DNA of 61,820 nt, taken from contig DYOF01000003.1 of the NCBI GenBank assembly GCA_020720665.1, forward strand, positions 1 to 61,820. The letters run 5' to 3'. A model generated the notes under the pieces. It made no database searches, was not told the DNA's origin, and saw only the letters and a list, made by a program, of their open reading frames with translations. A program made the translations under genes and the position numbers. This DNA is from Acetofilamentum sp. GTDB lineage: Bacteria; Bacteroidota; Bacteroidia; Bacteroidales; JAADGE01. This document shows, piece after piece, positions 36,428 through 46,459 of this stretch (positions are counted from its first letter, which is position 1; the number at the start of each line of letters is the position of its first letter).

Positions 36428-39037
36428 TTAATAATTTTCGGTATATTTTTTTATTATGGCGCCTTTGTCTTTTTCAAAGATTTGTATTTTTTCAAGAATT
36501 TGTTTTGAAATAAAATCTTTATTTTTTAACAAATAGCTTAATTTATCATCAAATACGCCATTATCAAGTGCTGTATATTCCAAAGCGTATTCAGACTGAC
36601 CAAACAAACTCATGGCGCCGATATTTTTATGATTTGCATAAGATTCGAATGCGACAGATATTGTCGGGACGGCTCCTGCCATAGAAAATATAATCGGATG
36701 ATGTTTCATTGTTATTGTTAAGTAAGAGTTGTGGTAAATGCCGACAACTAACTGAATATTATCATTATGAGAAATTAAATATGCCTTTTCATTCATGTTT
36801 TTTTTAAGATATTTCAGAGGTTGAACATCTTGACTGTGCATGGCAACTAATAACACTATTTTATTTTGCTCAAGTGCAATTTTATCTATTTTAGCAGCTA
36901 ATTTTTTTATGGTTTCAAAAACAAGTTCTTTTTTCAGAGCCTCCCAAAAATGAACATTCACCGTTATATAACCGTTTTCTGACGAAATTCCCTGTTCTGA
37001 TAAAAATTTGTTTAGCTGATTTTTTGTAAACCCTTCACAAAATAATGCATCATCAAAATACGTAAACACTTTTTCAGGATTATATACTCCTATTGTTTTT
37101 AAGTCTTCAATTGAATTTTTATTATCCCTTAAGCCTATATATTTTGCTTTTTTTAATTTTTTAGCAATTCGTTTTTGAAAACCGGTTTTCCAAATTCCTA
37201 TGTTATGACCCGATAGAATCACATCCGTATTTAGCTGATTTGCAATGTGTATTAAGCCCATGTAATCATAAAGTCGTGAAAATGTTTTTCCGGTAAGATA
37301 ACCGCCGCCGCCTATATGCAATACTTTAGCCTGTTTAATGCGTTTTAATAAATAGGCACTTTCAGGAGATACAAAAATTGCACGATTAAAATGCTTAACG
37401 AAAAATGCACTGATTTTTAATTTAAAAAATCTGAATTTAAAAAAGAGTTTAAAATAGTTTTTAGTACCGATACCGGCATATTCAAAGTTTCTGAATCCCC
37501 AAAAATTGTTTCTGCTCGCCGGTAAAATATCATAATTTCCGTGAACAGTTCGGGTGTAATCAGGTCGGGGTGATAAAATTGTTACTTTATAATCCGGTGC
37601 AATTTCTTTCCATAATTTTAAATTTGTGCTTAATTGAGCCTCATCACCGATATTATTATGCCCGAACCCTGCTGTGTATAGAATTTCTTTTTGCTTGTTT
37701 TGTTCTTTAAATTTATAGATAATATTCAAATAAACGCCCGTTTTTCTCAAAAACAATTCAAAGATTTTTAATAAGTAATTCGGTACGTTTTTATTTTTTT
37801 TTCTTTTTCGTTTTTTGGAAAAATTAATATTGAATTTTTTTAGTTTAAAATCAATCAATAAAAAAAGTTTTTCAAGTAAGCCATACTTAACTTTATTGTT
37901 TTTGGAACGTCCTTTTTTTAAATATTTGTTTCTTTTTTGTCTGAACGCTGCATAATGTGTTTTATAAACTGCCGTAACTTGTTGAGAGCCTATAAATGTT
38001 TGTTTTCCTAATTCTTCGTTTTTTATAATTCCTTCGGAAATCATTTTTTCAAAAACATCTGAAATTTCTTTATTTCTTACAAAGTATGCTGTTTCACCCT
38101 CTTTTCTCTCTTCGTTTAAGTTCCAAGCATCTTTAAAACCGGCATCTGCATCAACGCCGAAAAAATCAGGACAGTATAAACACCCGTTAAACGAATATGA
38201 AAACGAACGCCAATTCAAAGTAAAAGGGCTTTTAAATCGAGAATTTGTATATTTTTCTCCTGATGGGAGTTGAATTGAGTTATTAAAATTACCGGAGTTT
38301 TGAACTCCTTCTTTGTCTCGATGTTTAAAATAAAGGAGCGTATCGCCTTTATTAAATGATTCGGCTAAATTTTGAGTTAAGAATCCGCTTACATTATGGC
38401 TACACATTAAACTAAAAATATACTTGATTTTTTTTCCTGTTTTTTTATTATACGTTTTTAAGTTTTTGAGGGCGCTTATAACACAGGGAGTTCCGGTTAC
38501 GGCAACAGTTTTAATTTCTGGCATACTGTTAATTTCTTTTAAAACCCCTGAAAAATCAATCGGGTGATAAAAAGAACTTCTTTTGTTGTTTACTTCCTCT
38601 TTTGTTCTTGAAACAGACGCTTTAAAATATACGTTTTTAGAATTTCCGAGTTGCTGTTCGGCATGAATAACCGCATCAATATATTTATTTTCAAGCAAGT
38701 AAATTAATAACGCACTTAATACCCCTCCGGAAGAACTTTTTATATATTCAGAATAATTTTCTTGATAGCCTTTATTAAAACTTAATGCATTTTGTAATCC
38801 GTATTCTTTTCCTGATTTAACAGCAGAATTTAGTCTGCTGTTTAAATTCGGAACAGACATCGGACAAACGGCATAACATATTCCGCATAATGTACATTTA
38901 TCATTAACCTCAGGTCTGTATTCTTTATTTTTATTATAGAAAATTGATATTGCATCAAACGGGCATGAGGGTTCACAAACACCACATCCGATACACAAAT
39001 CGGTTTTAACGGTTTTCTCAACAGATACTTTTTCCAT
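36428..39037 (-). CDS. fusion: 2x[4Fe-4S] ferredoxin + FrhB/FdhB (F420 hydrogenase beta-like) + polysaccharide pyruvyltransferase domain
   Basis: CIGCGVCEPSCP, CTLCGICYAVCP, SSSGG, GTPC, LMCSH, CLYCPD; then NIGDEA, GGGGY, GLRD, MKHHP. Confidence 0.85.
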   Translation of the reverse strand: MEKVSVEKTVKTDLCIGCGVCEPSCPFDAISIFYNKNKEYRPEVNDKCTLCGICYAVCPMSVPNLNSRLNSAVKSGKEYGLQNALSFNKGYQENYSEYIKSSSGGVLSALLIYLLENKYIDAVIHAEQQLGNSKNVYFKASVSRTKEEVNNKRSSFYHPIDFSGVLKEINSMPEIKTVAVTGTPCVISALKNLKTYNKKTGKKIKYIFSLMCSHNVSGFLTQNLAESFNKGDTLLYFKHRDKEGVQNSGNFNNSIQLPSGEKYTNSRFKSPFTLNWRSFSYSFNGCLYCPDFFGVDADAGFKDAWNLNEERKEGETAYFVRNKEISDVFEKMISEGIIKNEELGKQTFIGSQQVTAVYKTHYAAFRQKRNKYLKKGRSKNNKVKYGLLEKLFLLIDFKLKKFNINFSKKRKRKKNKNVPNYLLKIFELFLRKTGVYLNIIYKFKEQNKQKEILYTAGFGHNNIGDEAQLSTNLKLWKEIAPDYKVTILSPRPDYTRTVHGNYDILPASRNNFWGFRNFEYAGIGTKNYFKLFFKFRFFKLKISAFFVKHFNRAIFVSPESAYLLKRIKQAKVLHIGGGGYLTGKTFSRLYDYMGLIHIANQLNTDVILSGHNIGIWKTGFQKRIAKKLKKAKYIGLRDNKNSIEDLKTIGVYNPEKVFTYFDDALFCEGFTKNQLNKFLSEQGISSENGYITVNVHFWEALKKELVFETIKKLAAKIDKIALEQNKIVLLVAMHSQDVQPLKYLKKNMNEKAYLISHNDNIQLVVGIYHNSYLTITMKHHPIIFSMAGAVPTISVAFESYANHKNIGAMSLFGQSEYALEYTALDNGVFDDKLSYLLKNKDFISKQILEKIQIFEKDKGAIIKKYTENY

Positions 39038-39315
39038 CTGCTTATGTACTTTTAATTTTTAATAATATTGTACAAATATATTCATATCTGCAAAAACATT
39101 TATAAAACCTTGCAATATAAACTTTTTAATATTATCGAAATAAATAATTCGAATATGACAGCACTTCGAATTCTTTAATCAAAACTCCTTTAATGCTCAT
39201 ATTCAGACAAAATTAAATAAACAATCAATCAAAATATTGAAATCTTTTTTTTGAAAAACAAACTTGTGATTTTGAATTTAAACCCTATTTTTGTATAGCT
39301 CAGAAAAATAAACTT

Positions 39316-40548
39316 ATGGTTTTAAATTATATTTGGATTGCTTTTTTTTTGATTGCATTCGTTGTCGGACTTTTTAAACTAATTTTTTTTGGAGATGTTA
39401 ATGTTTTTCCTGAAATGGTTGCCGGTACTTTCGACATGGCAAAAACCGGATTTGAAATTTCATTGGGCTTAACGGGTGTTTTAACACTTTGGCTCGGAAT
39501 TATGAGAATTGGAGAAAAAGGGGGTGTTATTAAATTGCTTTCAAAATTAATTAATCCCTTCTTCAGAAAATTATTTCCCGAACTCGGAAAAGAACATCCG
39601 GCATACGGCTCCATGATGATGAACGTGGCAGCAAACATGTTAGGCTTAGACAACGCCGCCACACCCGCCGGTTTGAAAGCCATGAAAGAGATGCAGGAGT
39701 CAAACACCAAAAAAGATACGGCTTCAAATGCTCAAATCATGTTTTTGGTTTTAAACGCTTCAGGTCTTACCATTATTCCGGTCAGCATTATGGTTTACAG
39801 GGCTCAATTGGGTGCCGTAAATCCTGCCGATGTTTTTCTGCCGATTTTAATTGCTACCTATTTCTCAACGCTCGCAGGTTTGATAACGGTTTCGATTTAT
39901 CAAAAAATTAATCTGTTTAACAAAGTCATTTTGGCCTATTTAGGGGGATTAACAGCATTGGTTGTCGGATTAATTTTATATCTGCAATCACTGCCCCAAG
40001 AACAAATTTCTAAAATTTCGGCAACAGGCAGTAACTTATTTCTTTTTACACTAATTATTTTTTTTATCGGACTCGCTGCAATTAAAAAAGTGAACGTTTA
40101 CGAAGCATTTATCGAAGGGGCAAAAGACGGATTTAAAATTGCCGTGAAAATAATTCCATATTTAATTGCAATTTTAGTTTCAATTGCTGTATTCAGAGCT
40201 TCCGGAGCGTTGGACTTATTGATTATGGGTATTGCTTCTTTTTTTGAAATTATAGGAATTAATACGGACTTTATTGAAGCTCTTCCGACAGCATTAATGA
40301 AGCCCTTAAGCGGTAGCGGTGCTCGCGGAATGATGGTTGATGTTTTGAAAACACACGGAGCGGATTCGTTTGTAGGGAAAGTTGCATCAACTGTTCAGGG
40401 TGCTACTGATACAACTTTTTATATTTTAGCCGTATATTTCGGTTCAGTGGGTATAAAACACACAAGATATGCTGTTACTGCCGGCTTAATTGCCGATTTT
40501 ACAGGTATTGTTGCGGCAATTGCGATGGCATATTTATTCTTTCACTAA
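39316..40548 (+). CDS. SpmA/SpmB-like (nucleoside recognition/Gate domain) membrane protein
   Basis: ANMLGLDNAATPAG, FIEGAKDG, KPLSGSGARG, QGATDTTFY, YFGSVG; TATTTTTG element at 39286-39293. Confidence 0.9.
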   Translation: MVLNYIWIAFFLIAFVVGLFKLIFFGDVNVFPEMVAGTFDMAKTGFEISLGLTGVLTLWLGIMRIGEKGGVIKLLSKLINPFFRKLFPELGKEHPAYGSMMMNVAANMLGLDNAATPAGLKAMKEMQESNTKKDTASNAQIMFLVLNASGLTIIPVSIMVYRAQLGAVNPADVFLPILIATYFSTLAGLITVSIYQKINLFNKVILAYLGGLTALVVGLILYLQSLPQEQISKISATGSNLFLFTLIIFFIGLAAIKKVNVYEAFIEGAKDGFKIAVKIIPYLIAILVSIAVFRASGALDLLIMGIASFFEIIGINTDFIEALPTALMKPLSGSGARGMMVDVLKTHGADSFVGKVASTVQGATDTTFYILAVYFGSVGIKHTRYAVTAGLIADFTGIVAAIAMAYLFFH

Positions 40549-41235
40549 TTCCGATTTACAGATATAAACAAATTCGGCATCATGTAAAAATATTTTTTTT
40601 TTGCCTTTCACTGAATTAATTACAAAAATATTCGGAGGGAATACCGTTTCATCAATCTCCGTTTTCAAAAATTCTTGAGTTAAATAATTATAGGTGTTTG
40701 TTTTTTTTTCGTTTTTAAATACGATAGTTGAGCCGTTTTCTGAGATTGACTCATAGCTTATTCCGAAAGAAAAATTTTGGGAATATTCCGTTTTAAAATC
40801 TGAATTAAGTTTGTGCAGTACAGAATTATAATTGTCATACAACCAATATCCTCCGATTGTTGAACGGCAAAGTATATTTTCATTTATAGTTCCCGTTTTT
40901 TCTGAAATGTACTGTTCTGTAATTGCTATTAACTGATTATCAAGAAATAAAATTCTGTTTTGGTTTTGATAAAACACTAAAATTTTGAGCGGATCCTCTA
41001 CGTTTGCCGAAGTGATGTTTTCGCTTTCCGTAGAAATAAATTCAAAAAGTTGCTTGCCGTCAGAATTATACTTTATCAGTTTATTGTTTGAAATAACATA
41101 TAAATTATCCGCTTGGTCTGCATAAATGCTTTGTGCTTTAATATTCAATTTCTGTTCAACAGACATTTGTCCGAAAGCCACATTAAAAAAGAAAAAAAGG
41201 GCAGTAATTATTTTTATCTGTTTTTTATAATTCAT
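40534..41235 (-). CDS. exported hypothetical protein (beta-propeller-like)
   Basis: Signal peptide; DNLYVI, DPLKILVFY, GGYWLYD; overlaps the GH3 gene stop, consistent with co-transcription. Confidence 0.65.
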   Translation of the reverse strand: MNYKKQIKIITALFFFFNVAFGQMSVEQKLNIKAQSIYADQADNLYVISNNKLIKYNSDGKQLFEFISTESENITSANVEDPLKILVFYQNQNRILFLDNQLIAITEQYISEKTGTINENILCRSTIGGYWLYDNYNSVLHKLNSDFKTEYSQNFSFGISYESISENGSTIVFKNEKKTNTYNYLTQEFLKTEIDETVFPPNIFVINSVKGKKKIFLHDAEFVYICKSELVKE

Positions 41236-42757
41236 TTAGTTTTAATAGTTCGTCCATGTATTCCCGATTGTTTGACAGGCGAGGGACTTTATTTTGACCT
41301 CCGAGTTTTCCCTTTTGTTTTAACCATTTGTAAAACACATCCGGTTTTGCAAAATGCACCACGGGTTTTTTTAATGTTAAATCACTATAACGTTTGGCAG
41401 CATAATCGGAGTTAATATTTTTTAATGCTTCATCCAATTCATTTATAAAAATTTCAAAGTTATTCGGTTTTTGCGAAAAATCTATTAACCACTCATGTCC
41501 GCCTGTATTGTTACCGGACATATAAATTGGTGCGGCTGTATATTCCTTTATGTTGGCATTTGTTTTAATACATGCTTGTAATAAGGCTTTTTCAGCATTA
41601 TCAATAATAAGTTCTTCACCGAATGCATTTATAAAATGTTTTATTCTTCCGGTAATTTTAATTTTATGGGGTTTTAGAGATGTAAAAATAACGGTATCTC
41701 CGATAACATATCTCCACAATCCGCCGTTTGTTGATATGAGCATTGCATATGCGGTACCGATTTCAACATCAGCTACCGTATATACTTTAGGGTTTTTATC
41801 ATAAAATTTTTCAAGAGGAATAAATTCATAAAAAATCCCTAAGTCAAGCATTAAAAGCATATCGTCACGAGATAAATCATCCTGAATTCCGAAAAAGCCT
41901 TCAGAAGCATTATATGTTTCCAAGTATCGTGTTTTGGGCGGTAAAATTTTCTGAAACTCTGATTTATAAGGAACAAAACTCACACCTCCGTGTATAAATA
42001 ATTCAAAATTCGGCCAAACGTCTTTAATGTTCGTTTTTCCTGTTTCCTGCAAAATTCGTTTAAGTAAAACTAATGTCCATGAAGGAACTCCGGTTATGCT
42101 CGTTACATTTTCATGAATGGTTTGCAGTACCATTTTTTCAAGTTTTTCTTCCCATTTCGGAAGAAGGGCAATTTCTTTTTTAGGTGTTCTTAATAAATGT
42201 GACCAAATCGGTAAATTATCAATAATAACTGCCGATAAATCACCATAATAAAATTCATTGTTTATGCTGTTAATTTGCTGACTTCCGCCTATAACTAACG
42301 ACTTACTTTTTACGAGTTGAGTATCGTCAAATAAATTTGTATAAATAGCAATAATATCTTTTCCGCCTCTGAAATGGCACAACTCAAGTGCTTCTTTACT
42401 AACCGGAATGAATTTACTTTTTGATTCTGTTGTTCCCGAAGATACAGCAAACCATTTTATTGTTGAAGGCCATAATACATTTTGTTCTCCGTTTCGTAAA
42501 CGTTCAATATACGGATACAATTTATTATAATCGCTTACAGGAACATTTTCTTGAAACAGGCTCAGTCGATTTTGAGCTGTAAAATCTTCAAATCGGTGCT
42601 CTTTTCCAAAAATTGTATGCTTTGCAGTTTCTGTAATTTGCTTTAATACAGAAATTTGAACTTCCTCAGGGTGTTGTCTGAAAAATTCTATTTGTTGAAG
42701 CCTTTTTTGAGTAACTTTGGAAACTATTTTGTTTATTATTTTCATAGTTTTTAGCAA
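41225..42757 (-). CDS. GH3 family acyl-adenylate/amido synthetase-like protein
   Basis: SSGTT, KFIP, YNASEGF, GLWRYVIGDTV, GGQNKVPRL. Confidence 0.92.
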   Translation of the reverse strand: MLKTMKIINKIVSKVTQKRLQQIEFFRQHPEEVQISVLKQITETAKHTIFGKEHRFEDFTAQNRLSLFQENVPVSDYNKLYPYIERLRNGEQNVLWPSTIKWFAVSSGTTESKSKFIPVSKEALELCHFRGGKDIIAIYTNLFDDTQLVKSKSLVIGGSQQINSINNEFYYGDLSAVIIDNLPIWSHLLRTPKKEIALLPKWEEKLEKMVLQTIHENVTSITGVPSWTLVLLKRILQETGKTNIKDVWPNFELFIHGGVSFVPYKSEFQKILPPKTRYLETYNASEGFFGIQDDLSRDDMLLMLDLGIFYEFIPLEKFYDKNPKVYTVADVEIGTAYAMLISTNGGLWRYVIGDTVIFTSLKPHKIKITGRIKHFINAFGEELIIDNAEKALLQACIKTNANIKEYTAAPIYMSGNNTGGHEWLIDFSQKPNNFEIFINELDEALKNINSDYAAKRYSDLTLKKPVVHFAKPDVFYKWLKQKGKLGGQNKVPRLSNNREYMDELLKLNEL

Positions 42758-42847
42758 TCAATGTTTATTTAATTGCAAATTTTATATATTTGGCACAAAA
42801 TCCGGTACAAATATAAAAATTATAGTTTAGCACTCTATTATCAACAA

Positions 42848-43546
42848 ATGAAAAAAATATATTTTATTTTAATATTTATTTTTTCAATTTCCGGCATCTT
42901 CTCTCAAAATGTTCGATACGGAATCACCGGTTCGGGAAACATCTGTAATTTGTACGGACAGGACAAACCTATTTCATATATAAAACAATACGGCTTTTCA
43001 GGAGGCTTTTTTATTGATGCACGAACAGCCGAACACCTCTCAACTCAAACAGAAATTGTTTTTAACAGATTTCAGTTTCAATTTTCCGAAAAATTAGATA
43101 ACTCTGATGAAGTTCAACTCAATGTAAGTGAGTGTAATGATTATATTTCTGTTCCCGTTATGCTGAAATATAAACGTGGCTATGAAATTGCCTTTACATA
43201 CATAACTTTGGGTGCTCAGGTGTCTCTTCTGGTTCACCATAAAAGAGATGTAACTGCAACTTCAAGAGATTTAGAAATAGATGCTCTTTCTTATTATAAT
43301 TATAAAAACAATTGGTATGACTATGGTTTAAACGGTGGTATAGGATTCCAATTTAAACCTCTTACAATCGGAATACAAACCTACGTCAGTATGAGAACCA
43401 TTTATAAAAAAGAAGAAGCCAAAATGATTCGATTCAGTACTGTCGGCTTAAATTGCTCGTGGCAATTTAATTATAAAAACCCAAGTCCTTTTGGCAGAAA
43501 AACAGGATGGAAAGGAATTAAATACAAATTAAATCACTTATTTTAA
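42848..43546 (+). CDS. outer-membrane beta-barrel protein (porin/PorT-like)
   Basis: Signal peptide from ATG 42848 (MKKIYFILIFIFSISGIFSQ), YISVPVMLKY, DYGLNGGIG; TATATTTG element at 42785-42792. Confidence 0.7.
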   Translation: MKKIYFILIFIFSISGIFSQNVRYGITGSGNICNLYGQDKPISYIKQYGFSGGFFIDARTAEHLSTQTEIVFNRFQFQFSEKLDNSDEVQLNVSECNDYISVPVMLKYKRGYEIAFTYITLGAQVSLLVHHKRDVTATSRDLEIDALSYYNYKNNWYDYGLNGGIGFQFKPLTIGIQTYVSMRTIYKKEEAKMIRFSTVGLNCSWQFNYKNPSPFGRKTGWKGIKYKLNHLF

Positions 43547-43556
43547 TAAAAATCAC

Positions 43557-44276
43557 ATGAACAAACAAATCCTATTTTTTCTTTTTTTCATCTTTATTTT
43601 TCATCTATCCAATTCACAAGTTTCCATTGAAATTTATGATGAAAATGATGTTGTAATATCAAATACAACAAAACATTTAATACCTGAAACGCACAATAGG
43701 TTTAAAATTCATAATACCGGCGGTTCATCAATAAATGTTATTCTCGAAATTAGCTCCATATCATTACCCCCTTACTCCGGAGTTAACCCATTCGGTATCC
43801 AAATTTGCACTTCAAATTGCTACGAACCGGTTACAAGCACAGGTCAAATCGGAACGGTCATTCCAATTGCTGCAGGAAGTATATATGATGAGAATAGTTA
43901 TGCAATATATCTGGCAGACGGTGAAACCGGTGCCGCTAATTTTGAACTTACTTTTAAAGAAGAAGGAAATGTCGCAAATTCGGTATCTGTATTATATGAC
44001 TCTGAATATTCAACAACCGAACAGTTAAATGAAATTTCAAGAGTTTCCGTTTTTCCGAATCCTGCTCACGATAAGTTCTCCTTAATAATTGAAAATCAAT
44101 TTCTCGGCTCATTTTTTTTTATGACCGACATATTAGGTAAAACAATAATAAATCAAGAAATTACTCAAAACAATACTGTTTTCAGTACTGACAGAATAAA
44201 AAACGGTATTTATTTTTTCAGCATAATTAAAACCAATGAAATTATCGAAACAAAAAAAATTGCAATTAAGAAATAA
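43557..44276 (+). CDS. T9SS type A sorting domain-containing secreted protein
   Basis: Signal peptide; CTD VFPNPA...DILGK...GIYF...TKKIAIK; internal CTSNC. Confidence 0.85.
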   Translation: MNKQILFFLFFIFIFHLSNSQVSIEIYDENDVVISNTTKHLIPETHNRFKIHNTGGSSINVILEISSISLPPYSGVNPFGIQICTSNCYEPVTSTGQIGTVIPIAAGSIYDENSYAIYLADGETGAANFELTFKEEGNVANSVSVLYDSEYSTTEQLNEISRVSVFPNPAHDKFSLIIENQFLGSFFFMTDILGKTIINQEITQNNTVFSTDRIKNGIYFFSIIKTNEIIETKKIAIKK

Positions 44277-44280
44277 CGGT

Positions 44281-44796
44281 TTGAAAACCATATTTTCCTT
44301 CGCATTTTTAATCTTTTTAACGTCTTTGTCTTTTTCACAAACCACAAACGGAGATATTCCGTCTGTTGACATTAAAACCATTAATAATGAGGTGTATAAC
44401 ACTTCAGAAATTAATAACGAAGGTCCGATATTTTTAAGCTTTTGGGCAACATGGTGTAAACCATGTATTCAAGAATTATCAGCAATTAACGAAAATTATA
44501 GCGATTGGCAAGAAGAAACCGGATTTAAAGTAATAGCCGTATCTATTGATGATACAAGAAGTTCTGCAAGAGTTGCTCCTTTTATTAACGGAAAAGCATG
44601 GGAATTTGAAATTCTTTTAGATGAAAACAGCATGTTTAAACGAGCGATGAATATTAACAATGTTCCGCATTCATTTATTTTAGATAAAAATAAAAAAATT
44701 GTTTGGCAACACAGTTCGTTTTCTCCGGGCGATGAAAATGAAATCTATGAAATTCTAAAAAAACTTAAGGATGGTAATTATTCAGAAGATAAATAA
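44281..44796 (+). CDS. TlpA-family thioredoxin-like disulfide reductase
   Basis: FWATWCKPC, VSID, NVPHS; TTG 44281 gives a clean signal peptide. Confidence 0.88.
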   Translation: MKTIFSFAFLIFLTSLSFSQTTNGDIPSVDIKTINNEVYNTSEINNEGPIFLSFWATWCKPCIQELSAINENYSDWQEETGFKVIAVSIDDTRSSARVAPFINGKAWEFEILLDENSMFKRAMNINNVPHSFILDKNKKIVWQHSSFSPGDENEIYEILKKLKDGNYSEDK

Positions 44797-46459
44797 ATTT
44801 TTATTGTTTACTATTTTTTTTCTGACAATCCGAATCGGATTTTCACAAGAAGAAAATGAACTCACTCCAAAAATTACCGGAAATTTTGAAACCATTCTTC
44901 AATCCTATCAAATTGATACTTTAATCGGTATTAGCTCTGAGCAACTTCCGGATGAAAAAATTCTTTCAAACTCATTTTTAACCCTAAATTACACTTTCGG
45001 TAAATTTTCCGCAGGTGTAAAATACGAAGCGTATTTGAACGCTCTTCAGGGATATGACAATAGATATAACGGACACGGGATATCCGGAAGATTTGCGTCA
45101 TATATTTCAGATGAAATTGAAATAACTGCAGGAAATTTTTACGAACAATTTGGTAACGGTCTTATTCTAAGATCATTTGAAGAGCGGGCATTGGGAATTG
45201 ATAATTCAATTGACGGAATGCGTGTAAAATATAAGCCTTTTTCCGGAATTAAACTAACAGGAATAATCGGAAAACAAAGATATTATTGGGAACACGGAAG
45301 CGGAATTGTTAAAGGATTAGATTGTGAAATTTCATTAAATCAAACGATTAAGAAATTATCAAATAAAAAAATAAAAATTTTATTGGGAGGCGGTATTGTT
45401 TCAAAATATCAAAAAAACTCTGACCCTGTGTATAATTTTCCGGAAAACGTATCGGCTTTTTCCGGTAGGCTGAATGTTTCAAGAAACGGTTTTGTTTTAT
45501 CATCTGAATTTGCTTATAAAATAAACGACCCCTCTTCTGACAACGGTCTGATTTTTAAAGACGGAAACGCAACATTTCTGAATGCTTCTTGGTCAAAAAA
45601 AGGTATAGGAATTTTAATCTCGGCATTGAGATTAGATAATATGAGTTTTCGTTCCGACAGAACAGCAAGCCTGAATGATTTGAATATTAATTATTTACCC
45701 GCAATTACAAAAAATCACAGCTATTTTTTAACTTCTATGTACCCGTTTTCTACTCAAGCAAACGGACAAATAGGTTTAAACACTGAAATTTTTTATACTT
45801 TCAAGAAAAATTCTTTTTTAGGCGGAAAATACGGAACAAATGTAAACATTAATTTCTCGGTGGTAAACGCTATTCAGAAAACAAAAATTATTATAAATCC
45901 GAATGCCGATATTTTAAATTTAGACGGATATACTTCAAATCCTTATGCTATAGGCGATGAAAATTATTACAAAGATTTGAATCTTGAAATAAATAAAAAG
46001 CTTAACAAAAGCCTAAAATTTTCATTGGTTTATGTTTATGAAGATTACAACAAATACATCATTCAAGGAAAAGACAGCAGTTTACATGCCGATATTTTTG
46101 TTTTTGACTTCTCGGTAAAATTATCGTCAAAATATGCTGTTCGTTTTGAATCAGAATACTTAACGACAAATAAAAATTCCCAAAACGAACCGGTTGATTT
46201 CGGCAATTGGATTGCCGGTTTAATTGAATTTACCTATTCTCCGCATTGGTTTATAACAATTACCGACCAATATAACACAGGTAATTCAAAACACGACAGT
46301 GCACATTATTATAATTTTTTTGCAGGCTACACAAAAGGAGCAAATCGAATTCAGGTCGGATACGGAAGACAAAGAGAAGGTATTCTCTGTGTAGGAGGTA
46401 TTTGCCGAAATGTTCCGGCAGCAAGCGGTTTTAATCTCACACTTTCAAGTTCATTTTAA
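44771..46459 (+). CDS. DUF6029-like outer-membrane beta-barrel protein
   Basis: GNFYEQFGNGLILRS, DNSIDG, C-terminal YGRQREGILCVGGICRNVPAASG...SSSF. Confidence 0.75.
   Translation: MVIIQKINKFLLFTIFFLTIRIGFSQEENELTPKITGNFETILQSYQIDTLIGISSEQLPDEKILSNSFLTLNYTFGKFSAGVKYEAYLNALQGYDNRYNGHGISGRFASYISDEIEITAGNFYEQFGNGLILRSFEERALGIDNSIDGMRVKYKPFSGIKLTGIIGKQRYYWEHGSGIVKGLDCEISLNQTIKKLSNKKIKILLGGGIVSKYQKNSDPVYNFPENVSAFSGRLNVSRNGFVLSSEFAYKINDPSSDNGLIFKDGNATFLNASWSKKGIGILISALRLDNMSFRSDRTASLNDLNINYLPAITKNHSYFLTSMYPFSTQANGQIGLNTEIFYTFKKNSFLGGKYGTNVNINFSVVNAIQKTKIIINPNADILNLDGYTSNPYAIGDENYYKDLNLEINKKLNKSLKFSLVYVYEDYNKYIIQGKDSSLHADIFVFDFSVKLSSKYAVRFESEYLTTNKNSQNEPVDFGNWIAGLIEFTYSPHWFITITDQYNTGNSKHDSAHYYNFFAGYTKGANRIQVGYGRQREGILCVGGICRNVPAASGFNLTLSSSF

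Noticed and set aside
39145-39173. AATTCGAA...TTCGAATT inverted repeat in the 278-bp divergent spacer
   Set aside because: Short and AT-rich, with no second copy or supporting structure
41225-42757. Plant-like GH3 gene as horizontal transfer from a eukaryote
   Set aside because: GH3-family genes are widespread in Bacteroidota
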